64,000 nucleotides of DNA from positions 163,866,001-163,930,000 of the forward strand of contig OZ024741.1 in NCBI GenBank assembly GCA_964016885.1, given 5' to 3'. The position numbers were made by a program, and so were the translations under genes. Source of the DNA: Eledone cirrhosa. Lineage: Eukaryota. Of the stretch, positions 27,476 to 41,100 are shown one piece after another (the first letter of the stretch is position 1; each line of letters opens with the position of its first letter). The notes below the pieces were generated by a model that was not told the origin of the DNA, did not search any database, and was given only the letters and a program-made list of their open reading frames with translations.

Positions 27476-27677
27476 TTGGCAGTATTGGTAGAGCGTCGGA
27501 TAACATGCTTCGTCGCATAATTACGACCCTTTATATTCTGAATTCAAATCCTGCCAAGGTTAGCTTTGCCTTTCATCCTTACGGGGTCGATGAAATAATG
27601 CACCGGTAATGCACCGGGGTCGATTTAATTAACTTTCCCCGCCCCTAAAATTGTTGGATTTGTGCCAATTACTAGAA
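27476..27677 (+). mobile_element. tRNA-derived SINE (longer subfamily)
   Basis: Conserved head and body plus a ggggtcgatttaatt...ccc insert before the tail. Confidence 0.8.
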
Positions 27678-29298
27678 GTAAACACGACAGGTCATTTCAT
27701 TCAAGGCTCTATGAATCTTCTAAAAATATTAACTATTACCCATATCATAAAGAAATAATACACTGCACCATTTCATCTTTTCGTATGCCTCATGTTATAA
27801 ACGTGTGGTTTTGCAACTAGTCGAACGAAATTCTGATGATGTCGAGTAAAATTGATGGACAGGAGAAAATAAAACCATTTCAACACATCGTTTTTGTTTT
27901 GATTTTTCTTTGATTTTGATTTGTCCAGTAATTATATGTAGCTCACGAAAGTACAGTAATTTTTAAAAATTATAAGTAACCAACTTTTTTCAAAATCATA
28001 TTTATTTACCACTGATTGAACATTTATTTTTATCTGTAAAATGTAATTCAGTATATATTTTGCCATCTAAAATTAAAAATGCGGAATGTTTCCTAAAAAA
28101 TACAATTTAATTTCAAATAGCCTATTTAGTTACTCAATTTGATATATTCAATTTCAAACCAAACACAGTTTCCTTTCCTATTTTCATGTAGAAAAAGAAA
28201 TCTAATTTGCCAAATTGGTTATTTTTTCTATCTTTTCATTGAAATATTTAACTCTTCTGACACATGTCAGCAGCTTGTTATTGAGTTGAATAGTCACGTA
28301 AAAAACACTGCATAGTGAATAAATCCATGGAAATCATATATAGAAAATTTACGAAACTGCTTTATAATAAAATATTACACTGGAGAGAATTTTCTAACAA
28401 TAAATTTGACACTGCTTTATGAGAGCACTGATAAAAAACAAACAAAGCTTCGTATTATTGTAAATTCAACCACCACGTCTCAAACTAAAGTCTACTTTGA
28501 CAGAAAAGAAATCATATGAAATACAGTAATAAGAAACATTGTAATTCAAGCAGTTGTTTGTGAGATAAGACATTTAAATGTTGTGTCAATACGTAGATAA
28601 TATACAACTGTATGTAAGCAGTATGGTTGTCAGCCATAGACACTTCAATCATGCACCCAAGCAACTCCCGAGTTAATGCTGTTTATTTATTTTTGATATA
28701 CTTATTCAGCGTTGTATATTCTCAGACAATTGTATTTATAAAGTTTAAGCAACGATATTTTACTACTAATTGATTCAACTCTACTCAGAGTGTTTGTATA
28801 TCAGTATATAATGTGCTTTGTTCAGATTAATATTTTACTGGATTTTCGTCAGTTTCAACGATGAGTGTTCAGTTGTTATATCAACTAATCTGCCTATTCA
28901 TTGAATGTAAGAAATCGGTTAATCCATAGACCCATGTACCATTAATCTAATCAGTGAGGCAGAATCACTGTGATACAATTTCACAAAGCTGGACGTTTGA
29001 ATTACAGATACAATCCATCCGACGGGTTTTTGCATAGTTTACGTCTACCCAGTTCAACTCACAAATATTGGATCGACCCAAGGCTATGGTAAAAGATTCT
29101 TTCCTAAGCGAATCATCATGGAAAATTCCTGTTTTTATATGAATTATGTCAGATACAGCGTACCTTCCTGTTGTGTTAGTACCAGGTTTGTTCTTCATTT
29201 TTTCATTTTTTTTTTCATGAATCCCACAATTTCTTGACACAAGGATCCCAGAATACTGGAGAGGCATGCTTTTTTTAATTTTCTATCTAGCAGTGTAA

Positions 29299-29430
29299 GG
29301 CGGCGAATTGGCAGAGTCATTAGAGAGTGGAATTAATAGGGTTCAGGACATTCTTTTTCAGATTTCTGTGTTCAGAGGTAGACTTTGCTTTTCATCTTTT
29401 CAGTTTTCCTAAAAAAAACTACCAGTCCAA
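29299..29430 (+). mobile_element. Old diverged SINE copy
   Basis: ggcggcgaattggcagag head and gactttgcttttcatc body. Confidence 0.55.
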
Positions 29431-31361
29431 ACTGTTGAATTCGCAAAACTATAAGAATGTTGGACTAAATAACTTGTATCGCTTTCGGCCCTTTCTGTTC
29501 TGAGTTCTGTATCGGCTTTTGTCTTTCACTTAGACATCGGTTTCATAGAGTGAGAAGTCTTGCACGGGCAAATGTTGGTCTTCCACAAAACATATTACCC
29601 AAGAGAAACTTTCCAGATACAAACTCATCAGCCGTGACCGAAGGGAACATTTTAACAGTGTGTATGTATTTCTGTGTCTAATTCTGGTCTTTTATAACTG
29701 TCTTGTTTATCAGTCGTTGGTCTTTAGAGCCAGATGAACCACTTCAGCAACCCTTCTGTTTTTCGAATAGAAAATTATCACTATCGACATTGATAAATCT
29801 TTTTGCCTAGTTTCAATATCAGCGCATTGTCTAATTTAGAGAAACATATATAATAATTAGCTTATAGATCTTAAGGTCATTCGCCTCTGTGGTTTGAGGG
29901 AGATGATTATTTTTATCTGTGTTAGCTATTCTGCTATTTGGGTTGCATATAATTTTTGTAAGGAAGTATTCCCGTATATACATGTCAGTCGTTTATCCAG
30001 AAATGTTGAAGTTTTGTCTTTTCATGGTTTCTCTTGCTGTATACCTTTGGATTTTTGTAGAGTGACATTGTTGTACTCCTGTTTTCTTTATTTCAGATGT
30101 TTTAATTTCTCTTGTGATTCATCGACGCACCAGATTTTCCAGTTCTTTTTCTTATATCAGTATATGTGGTTGTGGTTACACTTTTGCGTACATTATTGAG
30201 TTTATTTTCTCTATAGCATTGAAAATCAGCGCGAAAAAGTAATATTAGTAAAGACTAATTCCCAAACATTTACGGAGTTTTAGTCTTATTTCATCAGCGA
30301 AGCATATACTCCATTGTACCTGACGAAGTAGAGATAAAAATATCACTAAGCAAATGTACAAAATTCACCATTGATTGATTTAATATGTATGTGTGTGTAC
30401 GCTATTATATGTGTTTATCTGTGCTCGTCTTTGCATCTGTGTGTCTAAATACATACAATGTATGTGTGTCTCTAAATACATACAAATCTGTAAATATACT
30501 ATGGCTTCTCTAAGCAAAATATTACAGATTATTTCGTATTTTGCTATAATATAATTGTAACATTTGTAAACGCATCATAACTTCGAGGCTTAGGGAGAAT
30601 AATACTGAAGGAAGGTACTATGCAACAGATAAAACGTATTAAAAATAACTTCTTCACCAACCTTTTAGATCCTAGATTAAATCTATTTTGCTTTGAATAC
30701 CTAATTGTATACAATACCGTGTGTATCATTTTCTCTGTGCGATATATTGGGTCTCATCATTTGGGAAAAATACGTCAATTAGGATCACCACATTTAAGAA
30801 GATATGAATACGCAAGTCACACAAAGAATTGCTCGTAGACAGAAACTGTCAACTGAAGCCAGACAAGCAGTCGCTTGATTTTGTTGATAGACGGGTTTGA
30901 GGGGATACGTTATTTGAACCTCAACAAAAGGCGGCATCATGGAATTCCCCCAATTGTCAAGGAATGTTCAGTTGAGTGAATTATCGAAATCACAATGTAA
31001 CACAATCAAAAGTGTGCAAACTTTCTCAAAAATAATTCATACACGGTGAAATCGATTAAACATCGAGGTTTCCGAAAAAAAAAAAAAAATCAAGCATCAC
31101 ATTAAAGAAGCCTTTTTTTTATATACATGAGACACTACAAATGTATTGGTATTTTAACCTTTGGTATTTAGCCCAAAATTCGAAATATTTAATGGAGGTT
31201 ATTAATCCACCAAGTATTAACTAATATCTTAGATTCAAACACTTTTAAAACAACTTACATATTTCGAAGTAACATTCGCGCAGTGATTCTCTATTATCAG
31301 GAACCTTCTCGGAGTGTTGTTACTGTGCTCTTCTTTTAGTTTTTTTTTTGTTTTTTCACAG

Positions 31362-31392
31362 GTCTACTTAGCTGGAAGCCTTTTACTGTCAC
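31362..31392 (+). CDS. Candidate 31-nt internal exon (GLLSWKPFTVT if joined to 10381-10417)
   Basis: Long poly-T tract plus CACAG acceptor and GTGAGT donor; open in phase 1. Confidence 0.3.
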
Positions 31393-32014
31393 GTGAGTAA
31401 CAGTGGGAATTTCTACCTTGAACGATTAGTCTAACGCTTATCTTTTAGCATACATGAAGTCCGGAATTTTAAATTTTCGGCTTGTGGGGTCATGAGGAAT
31501 TTGTATATCTATAGACACTACACTAGGCAACCATGAGCCAGACGTCAACTTCATTACCGATGGCTTTTAGTGTGCCCCTCGTGTGGCTTCGACACAGCTA
31601 ATGTGGAATTACTTTATGGGCTAAACGAGTTTCTTCACCCGATCCTCTATCTTAAAAGTAGTACATATAGTGTCATATACTTTCCCACAGTCAATGTATC
31701 AGCGAAAGCTGCTACGAAATGTTCTTTGGAAGGCACAAAGAAGGTATCAGTTATTTTGATAATTCATGGGTATGTTACCTTTTTTAACTCACACGCCTGT
31801 ATGACGACTTCAGGCAGAAACACCTGTTATCACATGATACGTCCATGCTTTCTCTACGCTAAGTGCTGCATGTGTAAAGCTTGTCTGTTGAAATTTATAT
31901 ATGCAAAAGGTAACACCGGTCTTCCATTCAAATTCCTATTGTTTTGTTCATTTGGTAAAGTTTATGTGTTTGACTATTTTATTGTTTGTGCAGTTATTAT
32001 TGCTACGATTTGCT

Positions 32015-32245
32015 AGAATTTTCCATTCTATTGCCATTATTGGTCAGGGCCACTGTGGTCTTTTAATGGGCTTTCTCCACAAATGTCCCTCGGAAGTCTC
32101 CCCCCTATTGGGGAATTTTTCTTTGTTATTTTATTTCAACCTCTGTTTTTTTACACGCAGAAATGCCCATTTGTACCGTCCTGTATTGTCCTGTACTGTC
32201 CTTAATGTCTACTTTATGTAAACCCTTGTGGTTAATAAAGAAAAC
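32015..32245 (+). mobile_element. Tx1-family 3' UTR fragment
   Basis: Shares gtctccccctattgggga and ccctgtgg(c/t)taataaagaaa with 15230-15368; nearly identical to 35470-35627. Confidence 0.7.
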
Positions 32246-32584
32246 ATTATTGATTCCAAAATCTCATTATGCTTTTCTTTTTTTTTTAAACCATTTGTGT
32301 TTTGTTGAACAATGTTTTTGTTAATTTTTTACTGTTTTGAATGAAGTTGTCTCCATTTTCCGTTTTCTTTATTTCAAGGAATGTTACTGCTAGTGATGTA
32401 GCCAGTTTGTATACACGTATGCAGTCAAATACTTTTGTATATAATTCGTCGAAAAACGAATCGTATTTTTCCTCAGAAATCTGTGTGGGCAAGCTTCCGA
32501 GTTATCCGAAATCTCTGTATATGGAAATAAACTACAGAAATTTAACATTCCATGCGCTTTGAAGAGCAATATCAAAATACATCT

Positions 32585-33225
32585 GAAAGATCAGCAGCGA
32601 ATATTATGTCTTTCTAACATTGGCGAGGCGAAATTCGATTAAATCGGACAAGGCATGACGGTCAGGTGGTTGTAGATGACAGATGCGATGTACGAGTCGT
32701 TCGCCACCTCTGCCCGACCTAACAGGGATAGCTGCCTCCCGGCCCATTTCTGTGTAAGAATGACTACCCTGCTCATTACTTCGTCGCAAATTTTGTTCAT
32801 CTCTAGGTCTGGACCAAATCAGGCCCAGAATAACTTAACCGATCTGTCCGCCCAGCACCTGGTGGTGCTGTTTGATGGCATGTACCTGCCTCTCCAGGTG
32901 GTGCCGAGCCGCACGCCCACCGACTTTTCCTGCTTAATTGTTTCTCCTGTTACCACTTCGTAATCCTTGGCCCGATCATCTCAACATGCTTGGTGTTCGA
33001 CACCACAACGGTGATATCATCGGCATAATCTGACACGCATTTCCCACGTTCGTCTCCAATTTATGTAGTCGCCCCTTGACGTCTTCAATTTATGTAGTCG
33101 TGGCTCGAGAGTCAATACACAAAATAGGGATGAGGGGAGACATCTTTGACAGAACAAGTGCATGATGCTGAAGGGTTCCAAGAGGTGGCCGTTCACTCCG
33201 ACCACTGTGCATTGCAACCAGCGAT
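32585..33225 (-). mobile_element. Decayed Tx1/L1 RT fragment
   Basis: VGVNGHLLEPFSI..CQRCLPSSLFCVLTLEP (QGCPLSP-like), VSDYADDIT and a decayed VKL..FGPDL-like motif. Confidence 0.7.
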
Positions 33226-33829
33226 CCCCCCCTCTGAAAGGTTTACAGGTACAGATAAACTAACTGGTTCTCGAATATACTGGTTAGTTTATCTGCAAAC
33301 AGTAACAAAAGTTCAATAAGATAGGTTGGATAACAGTGTAAAAATGGAACAAACTTATGGAGTGATTTAAGACATTGTGTGGAAACACGAAGCAATAATA
33401 ATACTACTAATAATAATTACAGTTGCTGAACCATTTATGCTTGTATCAATAAATTACTTGGTCGTGCAGGCGGGGATGTGGTTTCTAGTGCATACCTGCG
33501 ATGTTTCCTTTTTGGTTTCTTGGTTTTCTTGTTTTCATTTTCCTTCAACAAAATAAATGTTCGAATGAACGTGGAAGGATCGCATCACATCACACCGTAT
33601 TGTGTTTCATTCTTCTTCGATAAGAGCAGAAAGTATTTGATTTTACACTATTGTGATTTTTTTGCCTAATTAAGCAGCATCATTATTGCTATTATTCTTG
33701 TAATTACGGTAATTATTATTGTTCTTACTAATAATTTCTTGTTTTTATTTTCATATTTATATATTTTTGCTTTGTTTACGTTATCGCTAAATAGTTTGCT
33801 ACGGTTAACTGTAATGGTATTGGTTAGGT

Positions 33830-34745
33830 AATGTTGTTATTGTTGATGATGATGATGATGGTGTTGGTAGTTGTTATTGATATTTTAGTTTGTGGTGGAG
33901 GTGTTGTTGTTATTGTTGTTGTTGGGGATAGTTTCGGTCGTGGTGGAGGTGTTGTTGTTGTTATTGTTGTTGTTGGTGATAGTTTCGGTCGTGGTGGAGG
34001 TGTTGTTGTTGTTATTGTTGTTGTTGGTGATAGTTTCGGTCGTGGTGGAGGTGTTGTTGTTATTGTTGTTGTTGATACTTTTGGTTGCGGCGGCGGGTGT
34101 GCTGTTATTGTTGTTGTTGGTGGTGGTGGTGGTGATACTTTTGGTTGAGGCGGAGATGTTGTTATTGTTGTTGTTGTTATTGTTGTTGTTGTTGATACTT
34201 TCGGTTATGGCAGAGGTGTTGTTATTGTTGTTGTTGTTGCTGTTGTTATTGTTGTTGTTGTTTCTGTTGTTATTGTTGTTGTTGCTGTTGTTATTGTTGT
34301 TGATGTTGTTGATATTTTCAGTTGTGGTGATGTTGTTATTGTTGTTGTTGATAATTTCAGTTGTGGTGATGTTGTTATTGTTGTTGTTGCTGTTGATATT
34401 TTTAGTTGTGGTGATGTTGTTGTTGTTGTTCTTGTTGTCGTTGTTCTTCTTGTTGTTCTTGTTGTTGATATTTTCAGTTGCGGTGGAGGAGATGTTGTTA
34501 TTGTTGTTATTGGTGTTGTTGTTGTTGTTGTTGATACTTTCGATTGTGGCGGGGATGTTGTTCTTGTTGTTGTTATTGTTGCTGTTGTTGTTGCTGGTGG
34601 TGGTGGTGGTGGTGGGGGTGGGGGTGGTGGTAGTGGTACTTTCGGTTGTGGCGGAGGTGTTGTTATTGCTGTTGTTGTTGTTGTTGTTATTGTTGCTGTT
34701 GTTGATGATACTTGGCGGAGGTGTTGTTGTTGTTGTTGTTATTAG
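33830..34745. repeat. (GTT)n-based low-complexity array with a 51-bp unit repeated three times
   Basis: gatagtttcggtcgtggtggagg recurs at 33927, 33978 and 34029. Confidence 0.93.
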
Positions 34746-34935
34746 TGTCGTTTTTATTGTTAGTGTAATAATTTAAAGTGTGCTAATAAAGTGTAATTAC
34801 ATATTTTGCGGGTTTTGTTTTCTGCTTTTCGCATCATTAAAATGTGGAAGACGCAGGAAAATATACATCAGTGACTTAACAGCTAATATGGCTTCTTATT
34901 GTGTTTTTTATTATTTTTACTTTTATCATTACAAA

Positions 34936-34976
34936 TATTATCATCACCATCATCATCATCATCATCATCATCATCG

Positions 34977-35016
<40 letters not shown>

Positions 35017-35153
35017 TATCGTCATTATCGTCATTATCGTCATCATCATCATCATCATCGTCATCATTATCATCATCATCATCATCATCATCATCGTCAC
35101 GGTCATCGTCATCGTCATCATCATCATCATCATCATCATTATCATCGTTATCG

Positions 35154-35184
<31 letters not shown>

Positions 35185-35272
35185 TATCGTCCTCATCATC
35201 ATAATTACCATCGTCGTCATCATCATCACTATCATCATCACCATCATCATCATCATCATCATCGTCGTCATC

Positions 35273-35303
<31 letters not shown>

Positions 35304-35406
35304 TCATCATCATCATCACCATCATTATCGTCATCGTCATCATCACCATCATTATCAACGTCATCATCATCATCATCATCATTATCATCATCACTCGTCA
35401 TCATCA
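34936..35406. repeat. (CAT)n trinucleotide microsatellite
   Basis: Direct reading; source of the spurious poly-His/Asp/Met ORFs. Confidence 0.96.
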
Positions 35407-35469
35407 AACATCGTCGCCACCGTTGTTGTCATAATCGTTGAATGTTATTATCATTATTGATATTATTAT

Positions 35470-35627
35470 TATTGGGGAATTTTTCATTGTTATTTTCATT
35501 GGTATTTTTGTTACATCCTCTGTTTTTGTTTTTTACACGCAGAAATGCCCATTTGTACCGTCCTGCATTGTCCTGCACTGTCCTTAATGTCTACTTTATG
35601 TAAACCCTTGTGGTTAATAAAGAAATC
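35470..35627 (+). mobile_element. Tx1-family 3' UTR fragment
   Basis: Near-identical to 32106-32245. Confidence 0.7.
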
Positions 35628-35646
35628 ATTATTATTGTGTTTGTTG

Positions 35647-35684
<38 letters not shown>

Positions 35685-35875
35685 GGTGGTGATTGGCAGT
35701 ATCGGTAGAGGGTCGGACGCCATGCTTTTCAGCATAGAGTTGCGGCCTTTTATGATCTGAGTTCAAATCCCGCCGAGGTTAACTTTGCCTTTCATCCCCA
35801 CGGGGTCGATAAAATAAAGTACCAGTAATGCACTGGGTAATTGCTGGCCTTGTGCCTAAAGTAGAAACAATTATT
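35685..35875 (+). mobile_element. tRNA-derived SINE inserted in (TTA)n
   Basis: Same family as 3787-3978. Confidence 0.88.
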
Positions 35876-35898
35876 ATTATTATTATTATTATTGTTAT

Positions 35899-38130
35899 TT
35901 GAGTCTCAGTCATTGATGTTATTTAACTGGAAAGTTTGTTGAAATGACAGACATGTGATAGGTCCATAATTGGTAATATCATTACCCTTGGTTCGGTCTT
36001 TCATTACCAGAACTGTGGTACCTTTTGTCAACCACCCTGGTACCTCACCTGACATCAAGCAGTCATTGAACGTGGATGTCAATTTCGGGTGGAGGGATGT
36101 TTGTTGGTATGCTTGTTCACTAATCTCCTTTTGTACTGTCTCAATCCACACTGCCTAATCATTATGTTCAACATCCTCTCCAGAATGTCTTAGTCTGTTC
36201 CGCCTCAGGGACCAAGTCGTTGCCTCTTTCTTTCCCTTCAAGCTGTCCAAACATCTTCTGGCTGTTGTCAAACATGCGGTTCTGTCTATACTGACTGACT
36301 CTGCTCTCGTTTCGCCTAATCTTTGCACTCTTTGCTACAATGCGTTGCTTCAGCTCCTCTATGATAATATTTAGCTTTTTCCTCCTACTTTTGTACTTTA
36401 TTTCCAGTCTAATTTTAGTGTCTATGTTTTGTAGTGTCCCATTCAGTAGGGACTCAAGCTTTCCAATGTCATTTCTCATTTCCTTGATTTGACCATTCAG
36501 TCGTTTCCTCCACCAAGGTTCTGATCTTTCTTGTTTGTTGTTTCCTCTCGTTTTTATTCCAAGTAATTTCCTCGTCGCATTTGCTGTTGCTTTGAGGATA
36601 TTGTTGCACTGGTGAAGGCTCCTCGCCTCAAGGTATGGGAGGACTTTGTTTGCCTTAGCTGTTGTTTCTTTTAACTTTTTCCTGTCTACAAATCTTAGGT
36701 TCATAGGTTTCCCACTATCATTGTTCATTTCATCTACCACTAAGTTTAGGATATCTTGTCCTAGCCCGTCAGCATTCCTTTCCTCAATGGCCGTATCTTT
36801 GTTCCAGATGTTATTTATTGCAGCATTCAGATCATTGTCTGCTTCTGAGGCTTCCTCCGTTCTCTCAACCTCTTCAACTTCATTTCCCACTGGCTCGTTT
36901 GCCTGGCATTCTCCACTCTCCATTTCCAATCTAATCTATCTGTTGAGTGCCTCCAGTCCCAGCTCGCTTATCCACCCATTAGTTCTTATTACCCGAGCCT
37001 GCCCTGCCAATTTTTGTTCATCTAATTTAAATAGACCCATCTCGTTCCAGATGCTATTCATCCGTTTCCTATAGCCTTTTTCCTTGGGGTTACTCTTCAG
37101 GTAACATTGCATAACAGTTCTATTCAATTCTTTCGTCCAGTTGGTTCTGGTCCCTTTCCTTCTTCTTCCTCCAACACTAGCAGTATTTGGATGACAGCCA
37201 GGTCCCTGCTGCTGGGCCAGGGAACAACTGCTGGGTGAGAATCTGTCACATGACATTCCAGTCTCCACTTCACCGTTATTCGAACTGTTTAGGTTCGACA
37301 TTTAAACACTCATATCGAGGAATGGTGAATGTATGGTTACATAACCACCGGTCATTTAATCACTCCCAGTGATTTGATCATCCCCGGTGATTTTAACGTG
37401 GCACTATCACGCTGTAGACGAACATAAATAAACAAACAAACAAATAGGTAAAAACCTAAAAAAATAAGCATAAGTTTCATTGTAATGTAATGTTTGAATG
37501 TCTGACTTAGTTTTTTTGTTTGTTTGTTTGTTTTTCTTTTCTTTTTTCTTCTCTTTACGTTTTTCGTTGCTGCTGTGCTGTTTTGATTTTGATTTTTGAT
37601 TTTTTGATGTTTTGACCGGGTCATCAAATCAGTCTATTTATATCTTTTGATGCCTTCCTCGCTTAGTGGGAATACTACGATACCTCTGTCTTAGCAGGAG
37701 GTAGTGAGAGAGAATAGCGACGGTAGCGATAATGAGGCAGTGGTGGTGGTGGTGATGATGTGATCGTAGTACTGTAGTGATGGTGTTGAAGTTGAAGTAG
37801 AAATAGAAGTTGGAGTAACTTGGCTAGATTTTTTTGGTGTGGTAGTGGTAGTGGTGATGGTGGCGTTGGTGGTGTTGGTGCTGAAATTATTTGCCTGTCT
37901 GTCCACGTAGCCATTTTCCTCTTCTTTGACTATAACATTTCTGATCCAAAGTTAAATATTAAATATTGGGGCCCTATGTCATAATGTGATGCATTGTCGC
38001 TTGCTGAGAGTGAAAACTGAAATCTTATGTTTCATTTGTAATAAGAATTATTCTATCACAGTTGTTTTAAATATGTAAAAATCAAAAACTTACGGGAGCG
38101 ATTCCATCACGATATATCCACCATGTGCGT
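35899..38130 (-). mobile_element. Dong/R4-clade LINE copy 1: both ends present, about 1.9-kb internal deletion of RT/RLE
   Basis: Homologous to 38168-42441; the 3' terminal 50 bp joins directly to the NYxPITCL region; flanked by (TAA)n. Confidence 0.9.
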
Positions 38131-38167
38131 TTTTCTTCCCTATTATTATTATTATCATTATTGTTCT

Positions 38168-41100
38168 TTGAGTCTCAGTCATTGATGTTAGTTAACTGGA
38201 AAGTTTGTTGAAATGAATATCAAGCCACTACCTGCAGCCTCAGATATTCAGGACGTATCGGAGGGTTCTTGCTGTTCCCAGCAAGCATGCCTTTTGAAGC
38301 GTTCCAAAAAGCGTGGCGGGGCCAATTTTCTTTAACCATCCCTGGAAACCTTTTGAGATAGTACCTAGTGCGCCTATGACAATCGGGACCACTTTGACTT
38401 TATGGCAGTTTCAAATCCTTTTTACCTCCCACTTTAAGTCCTGGTATCGGTTAATTTTCTCCCTCTTCTTGTCTTGCACTCTCGTGTCGAATGGGCAGGC
38501 CACATCCACAATCAGGCACGATCTTTTTTCCTTGTCCAAAACCACCAGGTCAGGTCTATTGTGTTCCAGTTTCTTGTCCGTCTGTATCCTAAAATCCCAC
38601 AGCACCTTCACCTGATCGTTTTCTATCACCGACTCTGGCTTATGCTCATACCACTTCTCAGAATGTGGTAAATTGTTTACTTTGCATGGGTGCCAGTGGA
38701 TCACCCTGCCCATCACATCATGTCTCCAGCCCTTATAGTGAGACTGGGCTAGGTGTTTACACTCGGATACAATGTGAGCCACAGTCTCCTCTCTCCCTCC
38801 ACAGATCCTGCACAGTGGGCTAGCCTCCTCCTTGTAGGGCCTGCTCTTGCGCAGCCATTAGCATTCCTTCTGTAGCCTTTTTAAGGTCTCCTCTTTTCCA
38901 CCAGTTCCATGTCTGTGGATCTCTGAATTCAGTTTTCTCAAAGAAGGTACTATGAAGGGATTTTTCCTGAAGCCTGCTCTTTCTCCTTGATGTTATTTCC
39001 TCCTTGGACATCCCCTGGCCTATTGTCCCCTCCTTCAGTACAGTTCTGAGCATTGGCTCCCTACTATCAGTCACGTATTTGTGTAGGTTGTTTTTCTCCA
39101 TCTGAACAAAGTCATCTATGCTGATAAGACCTCTTCCACCTTCAGATCTCCGTAAGTAGAGTCTATCGACATCACTCCTCTTGTAGAACATGTTGTAGAT
39201 AGTCAATAGCTTCCTAGTTTTCCTATCCATTTCTTTTTGTTCAGCAACATTCCATCTCAGAATTCCCGCACTGTACCTAAAAATAGACACAGCTCGGGAA
39301 TTTACTGCACTTATGGCATTCCTACTGTTCAGGTTTGACTTTAATACGCTCCTTACTCTCCGAATGTATTCAGATCTTATGAATTCCTTCATGTTTTTGT
39401 TCTTGATGTCATCAGCCTCCAGAACACCCAAATACTTGTATCCTTCTTCAGTGTCAATTTCCTTTATCATCTCACCTGTTGGTACCTGGATTCCGTTGCT
39501 TCTGCTCAATTTACCCCTCTTCATCACAAGGACTCCACACTTACTAATACCAAATTGCATACATATATCATTGCTGAAAATACGGACAGTGTCAACAAGC
39601 ACATCCAACTCCTTCTCACTCTTCCCCAAGAGCTTAAGATCGTCCATGAAGAGGAGGTGATTGATGGTAAGCTCTCCCTTTCCCAACTTGTATCCTGCTC
39701 TCACTTTTCGCAGTATAATGGTCAGGGTCATCAGGGCAAGGACAAACAACAGAGGGGACAGACTATCTCCCTGGAAGATACCTCTCTTGATCTTCACGCC
39801 AAGGATTCTCCAGCTGATGTTAACTTTGTTTTCCAGGACTTCATATTTTTGCCCAACAACTGTCTGATGTTATCTGCTACCTTGAAGATCTCTAGGCTTT
39901 TGGTGATCCAAGAATGAGGCACCATGTCAAACGCCTTTTTGTAGTCTATCCATCCCATGGCAAGACCAGTGTGTCTCCTCTTGAAATTCCTCATTACCAT
40001 CTTATCAATAAGTAACTGGTCCTTTGTACCACGGGACTTCTTTCGGCATCCTTTCTGTTCGTCCGGTAACAAGTTGTTTATGTGGAGGTGATGGTAGATT
40101 TCCTCAGACATAATGCTTGTCAACAGTTTCCACATTACGGACAGACATGTGATAGGTCTATAGTTGGTAACATCATTACCCTTGATTCGGTCTTTCATTA
40201 CCAGAACTGTGGTACCTTTTATCAACCACTCTGGTACCTCACCTGACATCAAGCAGTCATTAAACATGGTTGTCAGTTTCGGGTGGAGGGATGTTATATT
40301 TTTAATCCAATACCCCTGCACACTATCTGGGGCTGGTAATTTCCAGTTGGTTAGTTTTTTAGCCTGCCCCTTAAGAGTTTCAACTGTGATACTCAAATCA
40401 GTTTGTTGGTGTGCCTGTTCACTAATCTCCTTTTGTACTGTCTCAATCCACAATGCCTAATCATTATGTTTAACATCCGGCTCCCATATTTCTCTCCAGA
40501 ATGTCTTAGTTTGTTCCGGCTCAGGGATCAAGTCGTTGCCTCTTTCTTTCCCTTCAAGCTGTCCAAACAGCATCTTCTGGTTGTTGTCAAACATGCGGTT
40601 CTGTTTATACTGACTGACTCTGCTCTCGTATCGACTAATTTTTGCACTCTTTGCTACAATGCGTTGCTTCAGTTCCTCTATGATAATATTTAGCTTTTTC
40701 CTCCTAATTTTGTACTTTATTTCCAGTCCATTTTTAGTGTCTATGTTTTTTAGTGTCCCATTCAGTAGGGACTCAAGCTTTCCAATGTCATTTCTCATTT
40801 CCCTGATTTGACCATTCAGTTGTTTCTTCCACCAAGGTTCTGATCTTTCTTGTTTGTTGTTTCCTCTCGCTTTTATGCCAAGTAATTTCCTCACCGCATT
40901 TGCTGTTGCTTTAAGGATATTGTTGCACTGGTGAAGGCTCCTCGCCTCAAAGTATGGGATGACTTTGTTTACTTTAGCTGTTGTTTCTTTTAACTTTTTC
41001 CTGTCTACAAATCTTAGTTTCATAGGTTTCCTACTATCATTGTTCAATTCATCTAATACTAAGTTTAGGATATCAACCAAATTTTGTCCTAGCCCGTCAG

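Noticed and set aside
27833-27875. CTGATGA...GAAA in unique sequence (also CTGACGA at 30320)
   Set aside because: No stem I or III pairing; expected by chance.
33920-34080. CRISPR-like regularly spaced repeat
   Set aside because: The spacers are near-identical GTT runs, the context is eukaryotic and there are no cas genes; this is a minisatellite.
33831-35460. Poly-Leu/Val and poly-His/Asp/Met ORFs resembling membrane or biomineralisation proteins
   Set aside because: (GTT)n and (CAT)n arrays are open in most frames on both strands; no splice or coding evidence.
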